From an uncultured Gammaproteobacteria bacterium (GTDB taxonomy: Bacteria; Patescibacteriota; Microgenomatia; 2-02-FULL-39-11), in NCBI GenBank assembly GCA_964446235.1, contig CAYUNW010000001.1, positions 37,837-101,836 on the forward strand: DNA of 64,000 nt. Direction: 5' to 3'. A model generated the notes under the pieces. It was not told the DNA's origin, searched no databases, and worked only from the letters and a program-made list of their open reading frames with translations. Of the stretch, positions 38,989-49,734 are shown piece by piece. The stretch's first letter is position 1. Each line of letters starts with the position of its first letter. A program made the position numbers and the translations under genes.

Positions 38989-40350
38989 TTAGGAGAGTTC
39001 TGAAACAAATTTAGAAACAACTTTCCAAAACTGCAATACTCCATCATCTCCTAATTCGTTTTTTGACTTAAAGTTATTGTATGTATTATTCCTGAAATTC
39101 ACCATTTGAAAAAAAACGTTTTCTTTCAAACACCAATTGATAAAACGAGCGGATTCTTGTGCATTATCGGGAATTCTTAAAGCTCTGTATTGAAGTAATT
39201 TATGAAATAACTGGGGATAATGTTTTTGTAGATTTGTGGTATATTTTTGGCTTAATTTTATCAATAAATTATTTTCGGAATTCGACGGAATTAAACCGTG
39301 TTTCTGCATAAAATTCAGATTATCCCATTCCTGTCTCCCCACAGGTTTTGAAAATAGTAAAACTGAACCACCTTTTTTCAATGGATCTATAAGTACTTTA
39401 AACGCTTGTTCACTGGGCTTGGTAATTTCCAAAGAAATCAAATGTCGCTTATATACTCTTTCGTAATTTATGACTACTTCTCTATCGTGAAAATAGGCGT
39501 GTGTATGAATATAATTTTCAAGAGATATATCAGATAAAAATGGCCGAGTATGGGATGATATTTTAGATATAAGATGAAATTTGAATCTGTTATTATAATA
39601 ATGCAATGTTCTAATCAGAACTGTAAAATATTCCAATCCTACTGCAGCACCGGATATCGGAATAGCAATGTTGATGGTTTTTTCACTATCATATGTAAGT
39701 TGTTCAACTCTATTGATATATTCACCGTGACTCAATGCTTTTGTCAAGTTGATATTAACAGGATAAGGTATTACGCTAAAATTTACATCAGGCAAACCTT
39801 CTTTTCTGGCATATTGCTTCAAAAGATTCTTTGTTTCATGACTAGGTACGAAAATTAAATCAGACTTCGGTACATACCACATACATTGAGGACTGTCATC
39901 TGTAACTTGTACAAAAAGAAATACCCGTATATTTTTATCTTTTTCGATTCTTTCTTTTATTGTGGTTAGCATATGGGCTAAGGCAAAATGTGTTGCTACA
40001 AAAACCACTGTCTTAGGTAAAATAATTCTCTGGTCTAATATTTTGATGATATCTTGATATAGATTTTGCGAATGTGTCTGCAAAAAACGCCTGTAGTAAC
40101 GTGAGAATATCAATTCCGGCAGACCATGCTGAAACCATTCCATCAATCCACGTGTAATAGGATGAATACTGGTAAATCTGTGTAAATAGGATATTGAATT
40201 ATCTTTAATACCTAAAACATATGATGAAACGCTTGTTGGAAGAGACTGGAAAAGAGCTTCGGTAACTCTTAAATGCCCAAGACCTGCAGGACTTGATGCA
40301 AAAACTACAATAGTTGATTTATCATTTAAGACACTGTGATTTTTGTTCAC
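38989..40350 (-). CDS. hypothetical protein, possibly GT-B glycosyltransferase-like
   Basis: N-terminal VVFASSPAGLGHLRVTEAL resembles the Gly-rich N-terminus of MGDG-synthase/MurG-type GT-B enzymes. Weak. Confidence 0.3.
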   Translation of the reverse strand: MNKNHSVLNDKSTIVVFASSPAGLGHLRVTEALFQSLPTSVSSYVLGIKDNSISYLHRFTSIHPITRGLMEWFQHGLPELIFSRYYRRFLQTHSQNLYQDIIKILDQRIILPKTVVFVATHFALAHMLTTIKERIEKDKNIRVFLFVQVTDDSPQCMWYVPKSDLIFVPSHETKNLLKQYARKEGLPDVNFSVIPYPVNINLTKALSHGEYINRVEQLTYDSEKTINIAIPISGAAVGLEYFTVLIRTLHYYNNRFKFHLISKISSHTRPFLSDISLENYIHTHAYFHDREVVINYERVYKRHLISLEITKPSEQAFKVLIDPLKKGGSVLLFSKPVGRQEWDNLNFMQKHGLIPSNSENNLLIKLSQKYTTNLQKHYPQLFHKLLQYRALRIPDNAQESARFINWCLKENVFFQMVNFRNNTYNNFKSKNELGDDGVLQFWKVVSKFVSELS

Positions 40351-40395
40351 AACTCAAGTTTAGGATAAGAATTCAATCTTCGCAAGCAAAAAATA

Positions 40396-40986
40396 TTACC
40401 TGTAAGTGTTTAAAAAAAATTTTAGTTGTTTAAAAGCCTCTGTTCTGTGACTATATTTGTTTTTCTCTTCAACTGAAGCCTGTGCATTTGTTTTACCTAA
40501 TTTATTATTAAAAAATATCGGGTCATAGCCGAAACCTTTTTTTCCTATGGGTTTTGTGGTTATGTATCCATCGCTTTCACCTCTAAATGAATAAAATCTG
40601 GATAGCAAAGGATCATAAAGACCAGCTACGCATATAAATTTTGCACGTCTTTTACTACTAGGAATACCGTGCATGACATTTAATATTTTTAAATATCTAT
40701 CTTGATCAGTGCCCTTTACAAATCTAGCCGAATAAATCCCAGGCTTGCCTTGAAGATAATCAATTTCTAATCCGGAATCTTCTGAAATCGTCAAATAATT
40801 AGACTTTTCTGCATATTTTCGGGCTTTCAAAAGTGCATTTTCCTCATAAGTATTACCACTCTCTTCGATAATTATATTCAGGTTTAATTCATCCCCCGAT
40901 AAAATCTTATAATTTATACCTTTTAAAATTTCTTTGATTTCTTTTTTCTTATTCTTATTATTAGTTGCCAACAATATTTTCTCCAT
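40396..40986 (-). CDS. rdgB: non-canonical purine NTP pyrophosphatase (RdgB/Ham1)
   Basis: ILLATNNKNKKKEI N-terminus and FGYDPIF motif. Confidence 0.85.
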   Translation of the reverse strand: MEKILLATNNKNKKKEIKEILKGINYKILSGDELNLNIIIEESGNTYEENALLKARKYAEKSNYLTISEDSGLEIDYLQGKPGIYSARFVKGTDQDRYLKILNVMHGIPSSKRRAKFICVAGLYDPLLSRFYSFRGESDGYITTKPIGKKGFGYDPIFFNNKLGKTNAQASVEEKNKYSHRTEAFKQLKFFLNTYR

Positions 40987-40989
40987 AAT

Positions 40990-41352
40990 CTATCCTGCTT
41001 GAACACCGTCTGGAACTGTCTTTTCAGAAATAGCTAAAACAGGAGCAATACCGTCGTTATATCCAATATCAAAAAGCATACCTTCTGAATCCTCCCCCAT
41101 AATTTTTCTTGTTTTAAGATTAACAATAAACAACGCTTGCATTCCTTCAATTTCTTGAGGATTATCTCTTTCCTTTTTCAAACCAACTATAATTTTTCTT
41201 TGAAAATCACCGAAATTTACATTTAACTTAACTAGTTTATCTGAATTTTCAATATCTTCAATTTTTATTATGGTACCGACTCTAATATCGATTTTTTCCA
41301 AGTCAGAAATATTTATTGAAGGTTTAACGACTTTTGTTCTTAAGTCGCTCAT
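40990..41352 (-). CDS. tRNA-binding OB-fold protein (CsaA/Myf-domain)
   Basis: DIRVGTIIKIEDIENSDKLVKLNVNFGD is the classic tRNA_bind domain. Confidence 0.75.
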   Translation of the reverse strand: MSDLRTKVVKPSINISDLEKIDIRVGTIIKIEDIENSDKLVKLNVNFGDFQRKIIVGLKKERDNPQEIEGMQALFIVNLKTRKIMGEDSEGMLFDIGYNDGIAPVLAISEKTVPDGVQAG

Positions 41353-41373
41353 CTAACTTCTAACTTATATTTA

Positions 41374-41898
41374 TTAGATAATTTGATTATTGATAAAAAT
41401 TAATAATGCAGAAAAAACTAACATTATTTCTACAATAACAAATATTTTCGATGATAAATACAAAGCAGTAACATTCCCCAAACTATGATAATAACCATTT
41501 TTTAACCAGTATTCTCTCCTTTTATCAAAAGGATAAAACCAAAAGATTTGTGGAATCATATTTTCTTTTTTAAATCCGATCTTATATAAAATATGTCCTA
41601 AATCGTCTAAAAAAAAGTGGAAAAGCAAGCTTAAAAATCCCAAAAATAGCACCACTGGTCTAAAAAAGTTTTGGAAAATAAAATAAATGAATGTAAAAAG
41701 AATCATTGCAAAAATCGGAGTATGAGACGGAAGCAGATGATGATTATATCTTCCGTTTTTTAAAGGAAGTAAATAATCCAAATCTATAATCATACCGCAA
41801 AAAATTACGAAAATTGTTTCTATAAAAGTCAGTTCATCTCCCCAAAAGGACGGAAATTGAGAAATTAAATAAGAAGCAGGTAAGTGACCAATAACCAT
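41374..41898 (-). CDS. hypothetical polytopic membrane protein (possibly YdjM/DUF457-like metal-dependent hydrolase)
   Basis: Several His in TM context (MVIGHLPASY, HHLLPSHTPIF). Confidence 0.35.
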   Translation of the reverse strand: MVIGHLPASYLISQFPSFWGDELTFIETIFVIFCGMIIDLDYLLPLKNGRYNHHLLPSHTPIFAMILFTFIYFIFQNFFRPVVLFLGFLSLLFHFFLDDLGHILYKIGFKKENMIPQIFWFYPFDKRREYWLKNGYYHSLGNVTALYLSSKIFVIVEIMLVFSALLIFINNQII

Positions 41899-41908
41899 AA
41901 GTGATATA

Positions 41909-43309
41909 TTACAACAAATTCTCTAGCCTTTCGATAACTTCTTTTTTTCCTAATAATTCCAGGGATTCGTTCAAAGGAGGAGATACCTTACTTCCGGTTA
42001 TAGCGATTCTTAAAATCATAAAAAATTCGCTGTTTTTAATCCCTTCTTTTTTTGCCAAATCTACCAATAATCCACCGATTCTTTCTGATTTCCATATCTC
42101 TAACTGGTCTAAAGTATCTTTTATTGTAGCAATTAATTTCTGATTTTTATCCAAATTAATCTCATAATTTTGCGGTCTTTTAAAGTAAAAATTGCATAAC
42201 GGTAGATAGTCTGCAAATTTTTTAATTCGTTCTTTTATCAATGGTATGGTTTTTTCAACAAATTCTTTTGGGTATTTTTCACCGATAAAAAAGGATATTT
42301 GATCTTTCAAGGTTGAGTTATCTGATTTTCTAATGTATTCACCATTGAGCCATTCAAGTTTTTTGATATCAAAAGCAGGTCCAACTTTTTTCAAATCAGA
42401 AATTTCGAAATTGTCAATCATTTCATCTATCGAAAAAATCTCCCGTTCATCAGGCATTGACCAACCCATTAATGCCAAATAATTTAAAATCGCTTCCGGC
42501 AAATAACCTTCTTTTTTATACCATGTAACCCATACGGGATTTTTTCTTTTGGATAATTTGCTTTTGTCAGGATTTCTCAATAATGGACCATGTGCAAATA
42601 TAGGTAAATTCCAACCGAAATAATTGTATAAAACGATATGTTTCGGTGTAGAAGAAATCCATTCTTCTGCTCTTATTATATGGGAAATCTTCATCAGATG
42701 ATCATCAATCACAACAGCCAAATGATAAGTAGGAAAACCGTCAGATTTAAGAAGTATCTGATCATCTATTAATTTGTTTTCAAAGGAAATTTTACCTCTG
42801 ATTAAATCAGTAAATTCAGTTACTCCGTTATCTGGCATATTAAGTCTGATAACATACTTTTCATTTTTGGCTTTATTCTTGGCTATCCCTATATCTATTG
42901 ACTTACATAAACCATCATATAATGTTGGCTGATGCAGTTTTATCTGTCTATCACGCATTTTTTCAAGCCTGCTACGATCACAAAAACAATAATAAGCCTT
43001 ACCGTTCTCAACAAGCTGTTCTGCATAAGATTTATATATATTTAACCTTTCAGACTGCCTATAAGGACCAAAATCTCCTTTTTTATCTGGTCCTTCATCA
43101 TAACTCAATCCAAACCATTTTAGTGATGAAAGAATTTTATCTTCTGCACCATTAATTAACCTATTTTGATCTGTATCTTCTATTCTGATAATAAATTGAC
43201 CATTATTTTTTTTTGCAAAAACATAATTAATTAACGCTGTATACACATTACCAATATGCAAATCTTCTCCCGTAGGAGAAGGCGCTATTCTGACGCGTAC
43301 TTTTTCCAT
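41909..43309 (-). CDS. gltX: glutamate--tRNA ligase
   Basis: RIAPSPTGEDLHIGNVYTAL (HIGH) and KLSKR (KMSKS). Confidence 0.9.
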   Translation of the reverse strand: MEKVRVRIAPSPTGEDLHIGNVYTALINYVFAKKNNGQFIIRIEDTDQNRLINGAEDKILSSLKWFGLSYDEGPDKKGDFGPYRQSERLNIYKSYAEQLVENGKAYYCFCDRSRLEKMRDRQIKLHQPTLYDGLCKSIDIGIAKNKAKNEKYVIRLNMPDNGVTEFTDLIRGKISFENKLIDDQILLKSDGFPTYHLAVVIDDHLMKISHIIRAEEWISSTPKHIVLYNYFGWNLPIFAHGPLLRNPDKSKLSKRKNPVWVTWYKKEGYLPEAILNYLALMGWSMPDEREIFSIDEMIDNFEISDLKKVGPAFDIKKLEWLNGEYIRKSDNSTLKDQISFFIGEKYPKEFVEKTIPLIKERIKKFADYLPLCNFYFKRPQNYEINLDKNQKLIATIKDTLDQLEIWKSERIGGLLVDLAKKEGIKNSEFFMILRIAITGSKVSPPLNESLELLGKKEVIERLENLL

Positions 43310-43344
43310 AGGTTGATTCTAACATATGCCTTCTTTTATACTCA

Positions 43345-44406
43345 ATGTATATGTCTTCAAGTTTAACTGAAGCTTCAATAGCTACCAGAAAATTCATAAT
43401 TATTTCTCTTTTTGTACTTTTAGGATATATCATGTTTAAATTTTTTATATTCTATGCAAAAAACTATATTTTTACCCCTAAGGCAAAACCACCACCTCCA
43501 CCTAATGTGCTTTTTGGAAAATTGCCTTATCCTGACTTCAGTCAAATCGCCACCGTTTCGGCAAATATGAAATTTTATCTTCAAACAATTGATGGAAATC
43601 CTCCGGAAACAACTGATGCCGCAAGAATTTTTTCCATGCCAAAAAAACTCCGTTCTTACTATTCAGAAGATAGAGCTAAAAATCTGGCAAAAAAACTCGG
43701 GTTTACTGAAGAACCGTCAAATAAAAACTCAACTTACTTTGCTTTTGTAAACAGTAATGATCCACTATTATCTTTATTAGTAGATATTGTAAATCTGAAT
43801 TTTGATTATAAATTCAATTACACAAGAAAACAGGAAGTTTTTAAAAATAATTATTTTTCTTCTAAAGATCAGGCAATATCTGTTGTTAAAAATTTTATTA
43901 ATAGAAATGCATTGATTGATGAAAGCTTTTTAAATGGCAATATTACTACTGTCCCCCTATCATATAACAACTCGACTAATTCTTTCTCAATCGCCACCAG
44001 CTTATCTACAGCCAATTGTTTGAGAATAAATTTCTTCAGAAAAGATATTGAAGGTATACCGGTATTATCACCAGATAAATTTTCCAGTTATAATTATGCG
44101 ATTTATACCTCAAATGAACCTCAAATAATCGAAATATCATATACTTACTGGCCAATAGCATTTGATGATTCAGCTACTTATCCTCTAAGAACGACAGAAA
44201 CTGCCTGGCAAAATCTGGTAGAAGGCAATGGTTATGTAATAAATATGGGAACGAATAATCCGAATAAAATTACTGTACGTAATATATACTTGGCTTACTT
44301 TGACAGTAAAAAACCTCAGAATTATTTACAACCTGTATTTGTGTTCGAAGGTGATAATGATTTTATAGCCTATGTACCTGCTGTCAGTCCTGAATGGCTG
44401 GAATGA
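43345..44406 (+). CDS. hypothetical membrane-anchored extracytoplasmic protein
   Basis: N-terminal TM, poly-Pro stretch. No motif. Confidence 0.4.
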   Translation: MYMSSSLTEASIATRKFIIISLFVLLGYIMFKFFIFYAKNYIFTPKAKPPPPPNVLFGKLPYPDFSQIATVSANMKFYLQTIDGNPPETTDAARIFSMPKKLRSYYSEDRAKNLAKKLGFTEEPSNKNSTYFAFVNSNDPLLSLLVDIVNLNFDYKFNYTRKQEVFKNNYFSSKDQAISVVKNFINRNALIDESFLNGNITTVPLSYNNSTNSFSIATSLSTANCLRINFFRKDIEGIPVLSPDKFSSYNYAIYTSNEPQIIEISYTYWPIAFDDSATYPLRTTETAWQNLVEGNGYVINMGTNNPNKITVRNIYLAYFDSKKPQNYLQPVFVFEGDNDFIAYVPAVSPEWLE

Positions 44407-45352
44407 GCTCGTTAACCGTAATCCAAACGAAATTACTAAATACGTAATTTATAAGCTTTTCAGTCTCTCCAAATCTATCACGACTTTTGAGTAAAACAAT
44501 CAATATATCCTTACCGTTTTTATTTACTTCACTGATTAAAATCTCACCTCCGTTTTCAGTAAAACCTGTTTTTATCCCTTTTACACCCTGTATTTTGCCT
44601 AATAATTCATTAACATTTTTTAAATCATGAAAATACGTAAATGTGGTATCCGAAACGGTAATATTTTTTGTACTAATAATTTTTTTGAAAATATCGCTTT
44701 CAAGTCCCGCTTCAGACATTTTTGCCAAATCTACAGCAGTTGTATAATGCTCAGGATGGTCAAAGCCAATGGGATTCGTAAAATGTGAATTATCTAAATG
44801 TAATTCCTTAGCTTTAGCATTCATAGCATCTACAAATCCATTTACTCCACCAGGATAATTTTCTGCCAAGGTATATGCGGCATCATTGCCAGAATGTACT
44901 AATGCACCATACAACAATGATTCAAAAGATATAGTCTCTCCTTCAATAAGCCCCATTAATCTACCTTCTTTCATCACTGTATTTACTGTTAAGATATCGT
45001 TTAATTTATATTTGTCCAATGCTACTAATGCCGTCATAACTTTTGTGGTTGAGGCAGGTGAAAATCTGTTTTTCTCGTTTTTGGTATATAAAATGACCCC
45101 AGAAGGTATATCTTTTATCAATACTCCTTCAGCCGTCATGTCCATCGGTAAATTTTTGGTAACATTTACCGGATACAAAGGTGGAGGTGGAAGTTTAATT
45201 TCCTTAGAACTTACAGGAAAATTCTTATTTTTTTTTATAGAATAAAAATATTTATTTGGTGATGGATTTATAAATAAAAGTATTACAATACTTATAAATA
45301 ATAATACACGCAAAATGACCAAAGGATTGAATGATCTTTTTATAAAAGGCAT
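44384..45352 (-). CDS. D-alanyl-D-alanine carboxypeptidase (S11, PBP5-like)
   Basis: SxxK ASTTK, SGN in VHSGND, KTG in IKTGFT. Confidence 0.8.
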   Translation of the reverse strand: MPFIKRSFNPLVILRVLLFISIVILLFINPSPNKYFYSIKKNKNFPVSSKEIKLPPPPLYPVNVTKNLPMDMTAEGVLIKDIPSGVILYTKNEKNRFSPASTTKVMTALVALDKYKLNDILTVNTVMKEGRLMGLIEGETISFESLLYGALVHSGNDAAYTLAENYPGGVNGFVDAMNAKAKELHLDNSHFTNPIGFDHPEHYTTAVDLAKMSEAGLESDIFKKIISTKNITVSDTTFTYFHDLKNVNELLGKIQGVKGIKTGFTENGGEILISEVNKNGKDILIVLLKSRDRFGETEKLINYVFSNFVWITVNELIPAIQD

Positions 45353-46734
45353 TACTTTATTTTATTTTTTTTAAGTATCTTCAAACTTAATTCTTCTAAT
45401 TGTTCGTCAGTTACCAATGATGGTGCGTCCATAATCGATGTTCGTCCACCTGATGTCATAGGAAAGGCGACAACTTCCCTTAAATATTTTTCGTTAGTTA
45501 GAATCATCGCCAATCTATCAATGCCAAATGCGCAACCACCATGTGGTGGAGCACCATATGAAAATGCCTCCAACATATGACCGAATTTATTTCTTATTTC
45601 TGTTTTTTTATAACCCATTATCTCAAATACCCTCTCTAATACTTCAGCCTTGTTCGAACGAATACTCCCACCACCTACTTCAAAACCGTTACATACTAAA
45701 TCGTATTGACTAGTTAATATTTTCCCGATATTTTTTTTATCCAACAAATCGGTTATATATTCATCTTTTGGATTTGAAAAGGGATTATGTGTAAAAGTCC
45801 ATTTTTTTTCTTGATCTCTTTCGAAAAACGGGAAATCAACCACCCAAGCAAAAGCTAACTGCCCTTCTTTTTTCTCCTTTTCATTTCTTAAGTCAAATTT
45901 GTCTGCACCAAATTTTTCAATAGCTTGATTATATGTAAAAATCGGAAAAGGTTTTTTAAGAATTTTTTTATTTAGATTTTCAAATATATAAATCATCAAA
46001 TCTTCTAATATACTCATAACTTCTTCCCTATCGGCAAAACTGATTTCAATATCTATCTGTGTATGTTCAAAACCCCTATCGGCTCTTAAATCTTCATCCC
46101 TTAAACATCTAGCAATTTGAAAATATCTTTCAAAACCGGCAACCATTAAAAGCTGCTTGTATTGTTGAGGTGACTGCGGCAATGCATAAAAATATCCCGG
46201 TTGCATTCTAGAAGGTACCAAAAAATCACGTGAACCTTCAGGAGTAGATTTGGTCAGAAGAGGTGTTTCGATCTCAGTAAAATCATTATTAAATAAAAAC
46301 TCTCTGGCTAATTGGGTTAATTTCGATCTTAACTTAAGATTAGACTGTAATCTTTTTCTCCTTAGATCCAAATATCGGTATTTCAATCTAATTTCCTCGT
46401 TTAAATCTAAACCGTCAGTGTTTATAGGAAAAGGCAGTGGCTGAGATTTGTTTAAAAGATGAATTTTGTCCGTTTCTATTTCCAACATACCTAATGCTTG
46501 TTTTGGATTAATCATTTTCTCTGGTCTTTTTTTTACCAACCCCTCGATTCCAATAACATCCTCACTACTTAAATCTCCCGCCCCTTTTCCTAGATAACAC
46601 TGTATTATTCCGCTTCTGTCGCGAATATCCAAAAAAGCAATTTTTCCATGGCTTCTTATACTATTTATCCAACCGTTGATATAAACTTTATTTCCTATTT
46701 GGTTTTTTGTATCCGAAATTAAAATTCTTTTCAT
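45352..46734 (-). CDS. aspS: aspartate--tRNA ligase, short (archaeal/non-GAD) type. Start taken at MKRILISD.
   Basis: Class II motifs: FEVGGGSIR and GAPPHGGCAFGIDRLAMIL. N-terminal OB fold. Confidence 0.75.
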   Translation of the reverse strand: MKRILISDTKNQIGNKVYINGWINSIRSHGKIAFLDIRDRSGIIQCYLGKGAGDLSSEDVIGIEGLVKKRPEKMINPKQALGMLEIETDKIHLLNKSQPLPFPINTDGLDLNEEIRLKYRYLDLRRKRLQSNLKLRSKLTQLAREFLFNNDFTEIETPLLTKSTPEGSRDFLVPSRMQPGYFYALPQSPQQYKQLLMVAGFERYFQIARCLRDEDLRADRGFEHTQIDIEISFADREEVMSILEDLMIYIFENLNKKILKKPFPIFTYNQAIEKFGADKFDLRNEKEKKEGQLAFAWVVDFPFFERDQEKKWTFTHNPFSNPKDEYITDLLDKKNIGKILTSQYDLVCNGFEVGGGSIRSNKAEVLERVFEIMGYKKTEIRNKFGHMLEAFSYGAPPHGGCAFGIDRLAMILTNEKYLREVVAFPMTSGGRTSIMDAPSLVTDEQLEELSLKILKKNKIK

Positions 46735-46735
46735 A

Positions 46736-47941
46736 TTACATATATTTTTTTTGATACTCTTCAATAGCTAAAGCTAGTAAATTCATAGCTTTTTTTAATT
46801 TACTTTCTTCCAACACATACGCTATCCTGATTTCATTCACACCTAAACCGGGGCTTTTATAAAACCCGGTTGCCGGAGCAATCATCACGGTTTGATTATT
46901 ACGATGAAACTCCTTCAATAAAAATTCTGCAAATCTGTCACTATTATCTATAGGTAATTTTGGCATCAAATAAAATGCACCATGCGGCGTAGAGACTTGG
47001 ATATCCTTTAATTTACTTAATTCGTTTAAAACCGTATCTCTTCGTTTTTGATAAATATCTCTGATTTTTTCGACATATTTTTTATGATCAATAAGCATCG
47101 AAATTACAGACAATTGCTCGATAGAGGCTACAGATAACCTGGATTGAGCAAATCTTAATACAGCACTCATTACATCCTGATTTTTAGATACTATAACTCC
47201 AATTCTTGCTCCACAGGCATTAAATCTTTTGGAAACACTATCGGTAATAATTAATCGATCTTCAATCCCCGAAAATTCAGCAAATGGTGTAACCTTTCTA
47301 CCGTCAAAAACAATTTCCTGATAAGTTTCATCACTAATTATGAAAAGATTATATTGTTTTGCAATATCAACGATCATTTTAACTTCATTCTGGTTATACA
47401 ATGTTCCTGTTGGATTATTAGGATTACAAACAATAATCCCTTTGGTTTTTCTATTAATATGCTTTTCGATTATTTCTTTTTTTGGAAAATGAAATCCATC
47501 AGATGCTTTTGTAATTACCGGCTTTAAATTAATATTCGACATGGCAGCAATAATTGCGTAACTAGTATAAAAGGGTTCGAAAACAATTATTTCATCATCA
47601 GGATCAGCAATGGCATTGAAAGCAAAAATTAACGCTTCTGATCCTCCTGCTGTGATAATGATATCTTTTATATCAAAATTTAAGCCTTTTGATTTATAAA
47701 AAAATTGCCATGCTTCTCTAACTTCTTTTATCCCCTGAGAAGGAGCATAAACTAATGTATTTTCTTCAAATTTTTTTAGGAAATTCAATATCTTTTTAGG
47801 TGTAGGCAAATCGGGTTGACCAATATTAACATGATATACATCGATACCTCTTTTTTTAGCATCATCAGCTAAAGGCACCAGTTTCCTTATTGCTGAAGCA
47901 GGGGTATTAATTGCCTTTTGAGATATTTTTAGACTATTCAT
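46736..47941 (-). CDS. class I/II PLP-dependent aminotransferase (AspC-like)
   Basis: SVSKRFNACGARIG PLP-lysine motif. Confidence 0.75.
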   Translation of the reverse strand: MNSLKISQKAINTPASAIRKLVPLADDAKKRGIDVYHVNIGQPDLPTPKKILNFLKKFEENTLVYAPSQGIKEVREAWQFFYKSKGLNFDIKDIIITAGGSEALIFAFNAIADPDDEIIVFEPFYTSYAIIAAMSNINLKPVITKASDGFHFPKKEIIEKHINRKTKGIIVCNPNNPTGTLYNQNEVKMIVDIAKQYNLFIISDETYQEIVFDGRKVTPFAEFSGIEDRLIITDSVSKRFNACGARIGVIVSKNQDVMSAVLRFAQSRLSVASIEQLSVISMLIDHKKYVEKIRDIYQKRRDTVLNELSKLKDIQVSTPHGAFYLMPKLPIDNSDRFAEFLLKEFHRNNQTVMIAPATGFYKSPGLGVNEIRIAYVLEESKLKKAMNLLALAIEEYQKKYM

Positions 47942-47985
47942 GGCTTACTCCTTTGAATAATTATATATATTTAAATTACGGCAAA

Positions 47986-49683
47986 CTAGACTGAAATCTT
48001 AACATCTCTGATATTCAGTTGCAATGCGCTTACATCATTGTATAAATTTTCCTGTAAAGTATATACAATATCCAAAAATTTACCGCCTAATATGCTATTG
48101 AAGCGATTACCCATATTAAAGCCAATAGCTTCAATATCTATACCACTCTGAAGTCTGATTTTCAATTTCAGATGTTTATTATCTTTACCAATTTTTCTCA
48201 TACCGATAAGCTTTAAATTATATGTAATAAACACCGGCTCGGGATTGCCGATTCCGAAAGGTTCCATTTGTATAATTGCATTGAAAAATCTTAAATTGAT
48301 ATATTTTTCCGGAAGTGCCATATCAATTGATAATATTTTTTGCATCATGTCGGTGGTAATTTTTTCATCTGCTATTTTTATAATTTTTCGTTTAAATTTC
48401 TCGAAATTTTCTGTTTTCATACTGAATCCTGCTGCCATCGGATGTCCTCCAAATTCCAGTAAATATTTAGACATTTCATTTAAAACACTTACAATATTAA
48501 ATCCGGGAATAGATCTGGCTGAACCTTTAGCAATATGACTATTTAAAGTCACTACTATAGCCGGTAAATTATATTTTTCAGTAATTTTACCGGCAATTAA
48601 TCCGATAATTCCTTCTTTGTAAGACTCTTCTCCAATTACTATGATTTTTTCAAATTTTTTTTTAACTCTATTTATCAATTTCATCTCATCAATTTTATTC
48701 ATAGCATTTGAAAAAGACTTAATAGTTTCTTCCTGCCTGATCATGTTGTATTTATTGATTTTGATAGCTAAAGATTTTGCTTTTTCCTTGTCCTTGGTAC
48801 ATAGAAGTCTTAAGGAATCAGTCGCATCGGCAATTCTTCCAGCAGCATTTATTCTAGGAATAAGAATAAACGACAAATGATAAGTATTTAAATTATTTTT
48901 GATACCCGATATTTTGATTAATTCTTTCAATCCAGGTCTATTTGTATTCGCCAAGTTTTTAATACCTTCTTTGACAATTAACCTGTTTATTCCGTTTAAT
49001 GGCATCAAATCAGAAACTGTAGACAATGCGGCTAGATCGATATTTTTTGAGAAATCAACCTCTGATTTTTTGTTTTTATTCATATATGCGTCAAATTTTG
49101 AAGCGAAATACCAAGCAATTGAGGCTGCTGAAACTTTTGTCGTATGAATTAGAATATAAGCGTTCAATTTTTTAGCCGTTTTTTGATGATGATCTAATAC
49201 GATCACATCAATACCTTTTTTATTTGCATAATCAATCTGTTTATGTGCAGTAACTCCCATATCCGTAGCAACGATAAGAGTTGAGTTATGAATTTCTTTG
49301 ATTTTATCCAAACCAAATTCCGTCAAACCATATCCTTCATTTATCCTGTCAGGAATATATGGCATTACTTTTTTTGTATATTGATATAAATTTTCCCAAA
49401 TAATTGCTCCGGCACATATACCATCGGCATCGTAATCAGTATAAACGGAAATATTTTCACCTTTATGAATTGCTTGTAATATTCTTTTAAATGATTTCTG
49501 TAAGGTATTATCATCTAGGCCTATAATTTGACTATCTATCTGTTTAAAGCTTGGACTTAGAAAGGCTGCTCTATCTTTTTGAGTAACATAACCTCTATTT
49601 ATTAATATCAATTCGATGATATCTTTAATATCTAATTTATCAGAGATTCTGATTTTATTTATAATATGCCATTTATTATCCAT
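47986..49683 (-). CDS. recJ: single-stranded-DNA-specific exonuclease RecJ
   Basis: DHH motifs (TDYDADGICAG, VLDHH) and DHHA1 region. Confidence 0.85.
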   Translation of the reverse strand: MDNKWHIINKIRISDKLDIKDIIELILINRGYVTQKDRAAFLSPSFKQIDSQIIGLDDNTLQKSFKRILQAIHKGENISVYTDYDADGICAGAIIWENLYQYTKKVMPYIPDRINEGYGLTEFGLDKIKEIHNSTLIVATDMGVTAHKQIDYANKKGIDVIVLDHHQKTAKKLNAYILIHTTKVSAASIAWYFASKFDAYMNKNKKSEVDFSKNIDLAALSTVSDLMPLNGINRLIVKEGIKNLANTNRPGLKELIKISGIKNNLNTYHLSFILIPRINAAGRIADATDSLRLLCTKDKEKAKSLAIKINKYNMIRQEETIKSFSNAMNKIDEMKLINRVKKKFEKIIVIGEESYKEGIIGLIAGKITEKYNLPAIVVTLNSHIAKGSARSIPGFNIVSVLNEMSKYLLEFGGHPMAAGFSMKTENFEKFKRKIIKIADEKITTDMMQKILSIDMALPEKYINLRFFNAIIQMEPFGIGNPEPVFITYNLKLIGMRKIGKDNKHLKLKIRLQSGIDIEAIGFNMGNRFNSILGGKFLDIVYTLQENLYNDVSALQLNIRDVKISV

Positions 49684-49734
49684 TTAAATTCAAATTATAA
49701 TATTCTGAATAGGTTATAATATCAATATATTACT

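Noticed and set aside
45640-45670. GTTCGAAC palindrome resembling a Cheo-box half-site pair
   Set aside because: Lies inside the aspS coding sequence, and its spacing does not match GAAC-N4-GTTC. Probably chance.
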